From an uncultured cyanobacterium (GTDB taxonomy: Bacteria > Cyanobacteriota > Cyanobacteriia > Cyanobacteriales > CAWCAG01), in contig CAWCAG010000005.1 of NCBI GenBank assembly GCA_963793425.1, positions 64,001 to 128,000 of the forward strand: a stretch of 64,000 nt of DNA. The letters run 5' to 3'. Numbering within the stretch: position 1 is the stretch's first letter; each line of letters begins with the position of its first letter. Below are positions 1-8,698 of the stretch, in pieces. The position numbers were made by a program, and so were the translations under genes. The notes below the pieces were generated by a model. The model had not been told where the DNA came from. It saw nothing but the letters and a program-made list of their open reading frames with translations, and did not search any database.

Positions 1-101
1 TTGACTCAAGCGATAAAGACAACTCTTCTGACTACTAGAACCTGCATTAAGAACTAAAACAACTTTTTCATTTATCATTGAACATTTATCATTATTCGCG
101 T

Positions 102-125
102 TTCGTGTAGCGTTGCCGTAGGCTA
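102..125. repeat. Small dispersed repeat (cyanobacterial SDR-like), inverted copy of 13968-13991
   Basis: ttcgtgtagcgttgccgtaggcta matches the reverse complement of 13968-13991 at 21/24 positions. Confidence 0.65.
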
Positions 126-234
126 CATTAAACAGTTATCAATTAGTAACTATCGATTAGCAATTAGCCATTACTTCCCACTGATACTTCAACTTTATAA
201 ACAACGAGCCTAAGTACAAATGCGCCCTACCACG

Positions 235-368
235 AGGTCTATTTACGACGATAGATCAACCTAGAATAACCCCAGCCAAATACAAGCAACGAAGAGCGAA
301 GCGGTTAGGAAGGGGTGTGGGGAAACAATTGTTTCCCTGAGATGCGGGTTTGGGGGGCTATCCCCCAA
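235..368. repeat. Palindrome-rich intergenic element
   Basis: Perfect 18-bp palindrome gggaaacaattgtttccc (320-337), hairpin ttggggg-gctat-cccccaa (350-368), hairpin ggtctat...atagatc (~236-257). Confidence 0.5.
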
Positions 369-442
369 TATAACTAATACTACCCACAGATCAACTAAAA
401 GAACTTTATCTGTAGCATTTTCATTTCTATAAAAGGCCTTTC

Positions 443-474
443 GTTGGGTTACGAAGAGTGCTAACCCAACCTAC
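443..474. repeat. GTAG-type REP-like palindrome downstream of xfp
   Basis: gttgggtta...taacccaac followed by ctac (GTAG on the minus strand). Confidence 0.55.
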
Positions 475-532
475 GAGAAAATAAGCCTTCCAAAGGTTTT
501 GTCAGTCAACCAGGTCGCCCATTTACCGATGA

Positions 533-2944
533 TTAATAAGGCCACTTCCACTCAACTATTTCTGGTTTATCTATACCATGTGCGTGAGCATAGGTGAGAT
601 TATCGATAATTTCATTCCTCATTCTTTCTCTGACATAAGCTGCACGGGAACCCAACTTAGGAACGCGATCAATTACGTCAATCACTAAATTAAAGCGATC
701 TATTTCATTAAGAATTGCTAATTCCAGGGGAGTATTAATGTTACCTTCTTCTTTATAACCCCTAACATGAATTCGCTCTTGCTTTGTGCGACGATAAGCT
801 AATTTATGGATTAACCAGGGATAACCATGAAAGTTGAATATAATAGGTTTATCGGCTGTGAAAAGAATGTCAAACTCTTTGTTAGATAAACCGTGAGAAT
901 GTTCTTTTTGTGATTGTAGCTTATATAGATCAACCACATTAATAAACCTAATTTTTAGCTCAGGAAATTCTTCTCGTAAAATTGCTGTAGCGGCTAAAGA
1001 TTCCATAGTGGGGATATCACCACAGCAAGCCATAATTACATCAGGTTCATCTGCTGCTTTACCACAGTCATCATTACTTGCCCATTCCCAAATGCCAATA
1101 CCTTTAGTACAATGCTTAATTGCTTCATCTATAGTTAGGTATTGTAGGTGTAGTTGTTTATCTGCCACAATTACATTAACGTAATCTTTACTCTGTAAAC
1201 AATGATCAGCAACAGAAAGCAAACAATTAGCATCAGGGGGAAAATAAATGCGAGTTACATCAGCACTTTTATTAGTAACTAAGTCGATGAAACCAGGATC
1301 TTGATGGGAAAAACCGTTATGATCTTGTCGCCAAACTAAAGAAGAAAGTAAAATATTTAAAGAAGAAACAGGAGCGCGCCAAGGAACGTGGTTTTTGCAA
1401 ATATCTAACCATTTAGCGTGTTGGTTAAACATAGAGTCAATAACATGAACAAAGGCTTCATAGGTATGGAAAAGTCCATGTCTTCCTGTTAGTAAATAAC
1501 CTTCTAGCCAGCCCTCTAAAGTATGTTCACTTAACATCTCCATTACCCTACCGTCAGGAGATAACATTCCGCCATCTTCATCTTCTGGTAAATAATCTGC
1601 CATCCAGGTTTTCTTACTGACTTCATAGATATCTGCGAGGCGATTAGAAGCAGTTTCATCAGGCCCAAATACCCGGAAGTTGTGCATGTTTTGCCTCATT
1701 ACTTCCCGTAAAAACTGCCCTAATACCCTGGTATTTTCGACTTCTAAAGTACCTGGTTTTTCTATTTCAACGGCAAAGTCTTGGAAGTGGGGCAATCTTA
1801 AGTCTTTCCGTAACAAACCACCGTTGGCCACAGGATTAGCACTCATACGTTTAATCCCCACAGGGGCTAATTCTTTTAACTCCAGGATTAAAGTACCATT
1901 TTCATTAAATAACTCCTCTGGTTGGTAACTCTTCATCCACTCTTCTAGAAGTTTGACGTGTTCAGGATTAGAGTGCATTGCACCCATGGGAACTTGATGA
2001 GATCGCCAATAACCTTCTACTTTATGACCATCTACTTCTTTTGGCCCAGTCCAACCTTTAGGACTACGCAAAATAATCATCGGCCAACGGGGACGAAAGG
2101 CTCTATTTTCGCTACGGGCTTCTGCTTGGATTTCCCGAATTTTAACAATGCACTCTTCCATTGTGGCTGCCATTTTTTTGTGCATCAATTCAGGGTCTGA
2201 ACCTTCTACGATATAAGGGGTGTAGCCATAGCCTTTAAATAAGTTTTCTAGTTCTTCTGGGCTAATACGAGCGAGGATGGTAGGATTAGCAATCTTATAA
2301 CCATTCAGGTTCAAAATCGGCAACACAGCCCCATCACGTAGGGGATTGAGGAATTTGTTAGAATGCCAAGCGGTTGCTAATGCCCCTGTTTCTGCTTCCC
2401 CATCCCCTACCACACAAGCAGCAATCAATTCAGGATTGTCGTATACAGCACCGTAAGCATGGGAAATGCTGTAACCTAATTCTCCTCCTTCATGTATCGA
2501 ACTAGGAGTTTCCGGGGTGCAATGACTGCCAATATAACCCGGAAAAGAGAATTGCTTAAAGAACTTCTGCATTCCTTCTGCATCTTCACTCTTGTCAGGA
2601 TATATTTCTGAATAAGTCCCTTCTAAATAAACTGGCGCTAATACTCCGGGCGCGCCATGGCCTGGCCCCGCTATAAATATCGCGTTTAAATCGTATTTTT
2701 TAATTAACCGATTAAGATGAACATAAATAAAGCTAAGGGCAGGAGAAGAACCCCAATGTCCCAGTAAACGTCGCTTGATATGTTCAGGTTTTAAAGGTTG
2801 TTTAAGTAAAGGATTATCTCGTAAGTAAATCATACCAATGGCAAGATAATTACAAGCACGCCAATAAGCATCAATTTTACTTAATTCTTCAGAACTTAAA
2901 GCATATCTTAAGGAATTTACTTGGGAAGATGAAGCTTGAACCAT
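533..2944 (-). CDS. xfp: Phosphoketolase (xylulose-5-P/fructose-6-P)
   Basis: [23 protein letters not shown] motif [20 protein letters not shown]; 803 aa. Confidence 0.96.
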   Translation of the reverse strand: MVQASSSQVNSLRYALSSEELSKIDAYWRACNYLAIGMIYLRDNPLLKQPLKPEHIKRRLLGHWGSSPALSFIYVHLNRLIKKYDLNAIFIAGPGHGAPGVLAPVYLEGTYSEIYPDKSEDAEGMQKFFKQFSFPGYIGSHCTPETPSSIHEGGELGYSISHAYGAVYDNPELIAACVVGDGEAETGALATAWHSNKFLNPLRDGAVLPILNLNGYKIANPTILARISPEELENLFKGYGYTPYIVEGSDPELMHKKMAATMEECIVKIREIQAEARSENRAFRPRWPMIILRSPKGWTGPKEVDGHKVEGYWRSHQVPMGAMHSNPEHVKLLEEWMKSYQPEELFNENGTLILELKELAPVGIKRMSANPVANGGLLRKDLRLPHFQDFAVEIEKPGTLEVENTRVLGQFLREVMRQNMHNFRVFGPDETASNRLADIYEVSKKTWMADYLPEDEDGGMLSPDGRVMEMLSEHTLEGWLEGYLLTGRHGLFHTYEAFVHVIDSMFNQHAKWLDICKNHVPWRAPVSSLNILLSSLVWRQDHNGFSHQDPGFIDLVTNKSADVTRIYFPPDANCLLSVADHCLQSKDYVNVIVADKQLHLQYLTIDEAIKHCTKGIGIWEWASNDDCGKAADEPDVIMACCGDIPTMESLAATAILREEFPELKIRFINVVDLYKLQSQKEHSHGLSNKEFDILFTADKPIIFNFHGYPWLIHKLAYRRTKQERIHVRGYKEEGNINTPLELAILNEIDRFNLVIDVIDRVPKLGSRAAYVRERMRNEIIDNLTYAHAHGIDKPEIVEWKWPY

Positions 2945-3288
2945 GATTTGTTTACTTGCTCCTAATAAATACTAAGTTTTAAAAGCCTGAGTAAGCTGGT
3001 TGCTTGGTTTTTCAGCTATTAGGGTACAGTTTTGCAACTAAGGCTACAATTAAGAAATGATGGACAAGATTGTTACTAAGGAAATGATCTGAACTTAAAG
3101 TTACCGCAAAAACTATATCATAACAGTTCAAACAAAAATTCCTTCTAAAGTTTAATGAAAGACCTAATACCTACAAAAATTCTCAATCATAAATTATGGC
3201 TTTTTTTAATAAATAATATTAATCTCATTTTAGTTAAGGTCAATAAAGAGATAGATTGAAACAGAAGAGTTATTGCGGGCAAAGAATA

Positions 3289-4410
3289 ATGAAAAGTGCA
3301 TCTATTCTCCTGTTTACTATCGCCATTCCGATCATTTTTAGCTCCGCCGTCAGTTTTGCTCAAAATAGTGCAGAAACCACAGATTTAGAACCGTTGCAAA
3401 CATCAGAAAGTTTAAACCATGGTGTGCAAACAGAAGCTAAATTTTTAGAAGTCCCAGAAGAAGAGATAATTCCTAAACCGCTCCCTTCCCTTAATCTTGT
3501 CCAAACTTCCACCCCAGAAACAACAACCTCAGATCAACCTGTTAATCAAGGCATTTACGGTTCCCTGAGTGGGAATTGGCGATTTTTTAACTCTGTTGAC
3601 TTCACAGGAGTTAACATCCCGACTATCGGTGCAATAGACCCCATAGAAGCAGAATTTGATTCGGGCTTCGGCATCAATGGTTCTCTTGGTTACAAGTTTC
3701 CTAATCATATTCGCTTAGAAGGTCAAATTTCCTATGGACGCAACGAAGTAGGTGATGTGGATTTACCAGGCATTCCTGCTGCTTTTGGCACTCCGATAAC
3801 TACCCTGACTATTACTCCTGGCACTATAATTCCTGCTGGAACAACTATCGGGCCTATTACTGTTCCGACTGATATTAATATTGGAGGAGGAGTTATTCTC
3901 AATCCTGGCACTCCCCCAACTCTGGCTCAAGATGTTACCATCATTGGGATAACCGTTCCGGCCGGAACACCTATTCCTCCAGGAATTCCGACAACAACTG
4001 ATACAATAACACCCCTCATCCGTCCAGAAATTCCTGCTACTACAGCTAATGCTAGCGGTAGCATCTCCACTCTTTCAGGCTTAGTCAACCTTTATTATGA
4101 CTTTGATACTCAATCAAACTGGGAACCTTATATCGGGGGCGGCATCGGCGTTTCTCTTTTCTCTGCCCATGATTTGAGTATCAGCTATCCCGGTACAACT
4201 TTCACTGCTACAGTTGATGATTCTACTTTAGGATTTGTTTATCAGTTGATGGCTGGAGTTGGCTATTATTTTAATCCTCAAACTGCTGTTACCTTGGGCT
4301 ATCGTTATTTTAATACTTTCAATACTTCTTTCGATACGCCATTAGGAGAAGTTAATTTAGAAGGAGTTGGAATTCATAATCTTGAGGTGGGAGTGCGCTA
4401 TTTCTTTTAA
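3289..4410 (+). CDS. Outer-membrane beta-barrel protein (OmpA/Opa-like) with Pro/Thr-rich loop insertion
   Basis: Signal peptide from ATG 3289; strands GFGINGSLGY, RLEGQISY, VNLYYDF, EPYIGGGIG, YQLMAGVGY, TLGYRY; C-terminal GVRYFF. Confidence 0.8.
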   Translation: MKSASILLFTIAIPIIFSSAVSFAQNSAETTDLEPLQTSESLNHGVQTEAKFLEVPEEEIIPKPLPSLNLVQTSTPETTTSDQPVNQGIYGSLSGNWRFFNSVDFTGVNIPTIGAIDPIEAEFDSGFGINGSLGYKFPNHIRLEGQISYGRNEVGDVDLPGIPAAFGTPITTLTITPGTIIPAGTTIGPITVPTDINIGGGVILNPGTPPTLAQDVTIIGITVPAGTPIPPGIPTTTDTITPLIRPEIPATTANASGSISTLSGLVNLYYDFDTQSNWEPYIGGGIGVSLFSAHDLSISYPGTTFTATVDDSTLGFVYQLMAGVGYYFNPQTAVTLGYRYFNTFNTSFDTPLGEVNLEGVGIHNLEVGVRYFF

Positions 4411-4454
4411 AATAGTCAATAGTTAATTGCCGAGACATAAACCGTTTATTGCCA

Positions 4455-5099
4455 ATGAAACTTTTTACTATTGGGCATTCAAATCATTCCATTGAGACAT
4501 TTATTACTCTGCTGCAAAAACATAATATTACAGCATTAGCTGATGTTCGCTCTCATCCTTATAGCAAATATTTACCTCATTTCAATCAAACACTCCTGAA
4601 AAAATCCTTAATTAAAGTGGGAATTAACTACGTATTTTTAGGAAGTGAATTAGGAGCAAGAGCCAATAATCTTAAGTGTTATGTTGATGGCAAAGCTATA
4701 TACGAGAAAATTGCTTCTACTGAAGAGTTTAGGGAAGGTATTGAACGGATATTAAAAGGAGTAAAAAATCATCATATTGCTCTTATGTGTGCAGAAAAAG
4801 ATCCCCTTACTTGCCATCGAGCAATTTTGATTTGTCCTTACTTACAAGTGGATGATTTGGAGATTAACCATATACTAAAAGACGGTGATTTAGAATGTCA
4901 TAATCATCTTGAAGAAAGACTTTTAGCATTGCATAATCTCAAACAACCGCAACAAATGCAACTATCTTTATTTGATAACCTCTTATCGTCTCAATCGTTA
5001 ATGAACAACTATTCTAGGGAAGAATCTTTACAAAAAGCCTATAAACTTCAAGGGGAAAGTATCGCTTATGTGGAGAGAAAACAGCAAGAAGATGAATAA
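4455..5099 (+). CDS. DUF488 family protein (copy 1)
   Basis: FTIGHSN, DVRSHPYS, LMCAEKDPLTCHR (C-x-E-x5-C-H-R). Confidence 0.88.
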   Translation: MKLFTIGHSNHSIETFITLLQKHNITALADVRSHPYSKYLPHFNQTLLKKSLIKVGINYVFLGSELGARANNLKCYVDGKAIYEKIASTEEFREGIERILKGVKNHHIALMCAEKDPLTCHRAILICPYLQVDDLEINHILKDGDLECHNHLEERLLALHNLKQPQQMQLSLFDNLLSSQSLMNNYSREESLQKAYKLQGESIAYVERKQQEDE

Positions 5100-5538
5100 A
5101 ACAATTAATCTCTATACAATTGGTTTTACGAAAAAGACTGCTCAACAGTTTTTTGAAACTTTAGTCAATAACGGAGTCAAAAGAGTTATTGATATTAGGC
5201 TCAATAATGTTTCGCAATTAGCAGGATTTGCTAAACGTACTGACTTAGAATACTTTTTGCAGACAATAAGTGAGATTAAATATGACCATATTTTAGATTT
5301 AGCACCTACTAAGAATATTTTGAATGATTATAAAAAAAAGCAAGTAAATTGGAAAACTTACGAACAAAAATTTTTGCACCTGATTAGCGATCGCCAAATC
5401 GAAAAAAAAGTTTCACGAGAACATTTAGAGAGCAGTTGTTTGTTATGTAGTGAAGCAAAACCTCATCATTGTCATCGTCGTTTAGTGGCAGAATATTTGA
5501 GTGATAAATTAGGAAATATAAATATATTGCACTTATAA
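5092..5538 (+). CDS. DUF488 family protein (copy 2)
   Basis: YTIGF, DIRLNNVSQLAGF, LLCSEAKPHHCHR; ATG 5092 overlaps the end of the upstream gene. Confidence 0.88.
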   Translation: MNKTINLYTIGFTKKTAQQFFETLVNNGVKRVIDIRLNNVSQLAGFAKRTDLEYFLQTISEIKYDHILDLAPTKNILNDYKKKQVNWKTYEQKFLHLISDRQIEKKVSREHLESSCLLCSEAKPHHCHRRLVAEYLSDKLGNINILHL

Positions 5539-5568
5539 AATTCATCATGCTTGTAAAATACAGAATGC

Positions 5569-6414
5569 TTGGATAGTACTAAATGTGAAATGCCGATGAC
5601 TCAAATTATTTGTCTTGCCAACTCCTGGAAACATGGTGAACGGTGCATTGCTGGTATTAATAAAGAGACAAAAAAATGGATTCGTCCTGTATGTAGTTCG
5701 TATCCTCAAGATGGTAGAATTCCTAAAGATATAAGATTGATACAAAGAAGAGAACCTACTTTACTAGATATTTTAGAAGTTCCTTTAGAAAAACATGGCC
5801 CTAACTTCGGTTTTGAAAGTGAAAATATAACTATAGCTTCAGGAAAATGGCGAAGAGTAGGAGAAGTTCAACCTACGGATTTGCTGCAATATTGCCATAA
5901 TTATGATTACATTCTTCATAACTCAGAAAAGTATGTTACTGTACCTTATTTAAAATCATTACCTTTGTCAGAAAGACGTACTTTAGAGTTAGTCTATGCC
6001 ACCAAGTTATCTGTACATGGTATACCCACAGGAGAAGGAATAAAATGGAGAGGTACACTTACAACTGAGACAGGATTGCGACTAATTAATGCTAGTATAA
6101 CCGACCCTGTATTTGTACAAAAACTCAGTTACGGTTATCGTCCTCAGCATCCTTGTTTAGTAACTGTAAGCTTAAGTATGCCCCATCGCTTTGAAGATTG
6201 GGAAGAAGATGATCCTTGTTGGAAACTCATTGCTGGAGTGATAGAATTATTTGAGTATGATTTAATTTTAGTAGAGATGAAACGAGTTGGTTGGAGTATA
6301 GAACAAGGACGCTCTTATTTAAAAAGAAACTATCAAAAATGTTCTCGCCAGCAATTAAGTAACCAGGAAATAGAAGAATTTTTGAATTATCTTAAATCTT
6401 TACCTAGCCTTTAA
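5569..6414 (+). CDS. Dual OB-fold domain protein with C-terminal helical extension
   Basis: IICLANSWKHGERCIAG...WIRPV, ITDP, VTVSLS, CWKLIAGVI; true start may be ATG 5590 or 5596. Confidence 0.75.
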   Translation: MDSTKCEMPMTQIICLANSWKHGERCIAGINKETKKWIRPVCSSYPQDGRIPKDIRLIQRREPTLLDILEVPLEKHGPNFGFESENITIASGKWRRVGEVQPTDLLQYCHNYDYILHNSEKYVTVPYLKSLPLSERRTLELVYATKLSVHGIPTGEGIKWRGTLTTETGLRLINASITDPVFVQKLSYGYRPQHPCLVTVSLSMPHRFEDWEEDDPCWKLIAGVIELFEYDLILVEMKRVGWSIEQGRSYLKRNYQKCSRQQLSNQEIEEFLNYLKSLPSL

Positions 6415-6432
6415 TATTTAAAATGGCTTTTT

Positions 6433-7644
6433 TCACTTCTTACTAGTCAACTTATTCAACTCAGAAGCAGCTTCTTCAGGTTTGCCAGAAAGGGGAAAAA
6501 CTAAAATACTTTTAACTTCAGGATCACTCATTAAATTATCTAAATGCTTGAATTGTCGCTCAGTAATAGCAATCCCATCATTTTGTTTCACATAGTTTAA
6601 TTCCTCTTTGAATTTATCTTCCCCATAAACTTGAATAAATACCCTGTCAACATTCCAAGTTTTCCAATCTGCAGCAAAATACCTTTTCGCCCAATAGGGA
6701 TTATGATGACAAAGATCAAAACTAACCGCAGGGTTAGATTTTTTCATCGCAGCAATCATATTTTGCACAAATTTTGTCAACTTAACCGTGCGATCAACCT
6801 TACCCGGTAACTCTGCATGATAACCAAGATAATCATCCCATTGCACCGCATCAATAGAGGGATATTTATCAACAAATTCAACTAAAATATCAGTAAAAAA
6901 TTTAGCAACTTCAGGAATTTCTACATCAAGAACATAATGATCTACTGCTGTATGAGTACGATCAACTCCTGGCACAATCCAACCTTTTTCCACAGCTAAA
7001 TCAAAAGCAGGACTATTTTCATCAATTTTAATTCCTTTTTCAAAGTAAGCATGAACTTCCATACCTTGTTTATGGGCCTCATCAATTAACCAATCTAACC
7101 ATTTATCTTGGAATAAGTTGGGACAACTTTCATAGCCCAAAGTTTTCTGCATCACTTCGCTTTTATACATAGTGCAAGCATTACCCCAAACCCCATGAAT
7201 AATAGTATTAAATCCTTGGGCGCGATAATAACGAACTCTTTCTCTAATCATGTGTTCGCTGGCATTATTAGTAACTTGATAGCGACTTAAATAGATGCCT
7301 CGAATCTGTTTTGTTTGCCAAGGAGTTTGAGGAATTGCTTTGGCTTTGAGTGCTGCTTGAGTAGGAGTAGTTCGTGGAGCTGGAGAAACTGGGGAAACTG
7401 GTTGCTGGTTAGCTTTAGGAATCGGCGCTTTTGGTAAAGTAGTTGTGGGGGAAATTGCCACTTCAGGAGAAGAAGAAGTTATAAAAGGAATATTTTCTGG
7501 TAAATTGTTCGATAAAAACTTATTGATTCCTAAACTTTCTCTTTGGGTAAACAAAAAATAACCCCCTGCCAATAGAACTATGATTAAGGAAAAAGGAATA
7601 CCAAAACATCCACATCCCTTCGATTTCTTTGCGTTGGTTGACAT
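6433..7644 (-). CDS. Glycoside hydrolase-like family 10 (GHL10) protein, membrane anchored
   Basis: N-terminal TM, Pro-rich linker, IRGIYL, GFNTI, GMEVHAYFE, DAVQWDDY. Confidence 0.75.
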   Translation of the reverse strand: MSTNAKKSKGCGCFGIPFSLIIVLLAGGYFLFTQRESLGINKFLSNNLPENIPFITSSSPEVAISPTTTLPKAPIPKANQQPVSPVSPAPRTTPTQAALKAKAIPQTPWQTKQIRGIYLSRYQVTNNASEHMIRERVRYYRAQGFNTIIHGVWGNACTMYKSEVMQKTLGYESCPNLFQDKWLDWLIDEAHKQGMEVHAYFEKGIKIDENSPAFDLAVEKGWIVPGVDRTHTAVDHYVLDVEIPEVAKFFTDILVEFVDKYPSIDAVQWDDYLGYHAELPGKVDRTVKLTKFVQNMIAAMKKSNPAVSFDLCHHNPYWAKRYFAADWKTWNVDRVFIQVYGEDKFKEELNYVKQNDGIAITERQFKHLDNLMSDPEVKSILVFPLSGKPEEAASELNKLTSKK

Positions 7645-7947
7645 AATTTAAGTAATAGGTAAAGACCATTCGAGGGTGGGGTTAATTCTTTAATAACAAG
7701 TATAACCTGAGTGTATTTTTGTCTTGTTGGGATCGCTATTGGCACGTTATTGAGATTGATACAGAAGATGGGGAGAGGGTTTGAGTCCTTATTTTCCGGT
7801 TCAATAGTATAGCAATAGCCAAAACTATCGGGACAGAACAAAAACCTCATGCCTTAGACATAGCAACCATTTCTCCTCTACTTACTGCTCCTTCTCAATG
7901 GTAATATTTGCTTCAATTGCTTTAACTCAATTTCCGCAATTCGAGCA

Positions 7948-7990
7948 AAATGAACAAGAAATGAACAATTATTGGCCTGGAAAATGAACA
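7948..7990 (+). promoter_or_regulatory. Three direct repeats AAATGAACA upstream of the ferritin-like gene
   Basis: TGAACA at 7951, 7962 and 7985 (spacing 11 and 23 bp). Confidence 0.5.
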
Positions 7991-8023
7991 TTTCTCTTTC
8001 TTAAAATGGCATAAACAGAGTAA

Positions 8024-8698
8024 ATGTTTATGACAAGGAAGACAATTTTGACTAATCCAGAACAAAAATCCTTAATTGCTTCGCCACAAAGACGCAAATT
8101 CTTAAAACTTGGTGTCCTGACTGGGGCGACTAGTGCTTTCGCGTTAGCGGCTGATAAAGTAATGGGTGCTAGTAGACCTAGCCGGGAAGCTGATGTAGAA
8201 ATACTTAACGGCGCAATCATGCTTGAGCAAAAAGCTGTCAACACTTATGTTGCGGCGGCTGAGAATAATTTGTTACCAACGAAAGCTTTTTTAGATGTGG
8301 CTGTGCAATTTGCCGCCGATCACACTGAACACCGCGATCGCCTCAAAGATATTATTTCCGGGGTATTTAGGGTAGAGCCTATATCTAGTGAAAATCTGGG
8401 TACTTTCCCCATTCCTGCCAATGTCTTAAATGGTAGTGAAGCAGACGTACTCAGGTATGCTCTTACCTTAGAAATGCTTGCTTCTAAAAGTTACTTCGAC
8501 TTTATTACTGACAAGCTTACCTCCAAGGGAGCTAAAAATGTTGTTGCTAGCATCTTACCTATTGAAAATCAACACGTTGCTGTTTATCGCTCTGTGTTGC
8601 TAGTTCTACTTAATGAACCTGCACTACCAGGAGATGATAAACTGGTTCCCTATCCTTTCTTAAGTCAGCAACCAACTCCTCCTGTACCAGAAGCTTAG
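8024..8698 (+). CDS. Tat-exported ferritin-like (Ferritin_2/DUF4439-type) protein
   Basis: Twin-arginine RRKFLK signal; LEQKAV, DHTEHR, LEMLA, IENQH di-iron-type ligands. Confidence 0.8.
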   Translation: MFMTRKTILTNPEQKSLIASPQRRKFLKLGVLTGATSAFALAADKVMGASRPSREADVEILNGAIMLEQKAVNTYVAAAENNLLPTKAFLDVAVQFAADHTEHRDRLKDIISGVFRVEPISSENLGTFPIPANVLNGSEADVLRYALTLEMLASKSYFDFITDKLTSKGAKNVVASILPIENQHVAVYRSVLLVLLNEPALPGDDKLVPYPFLSQQPTPPVPEA

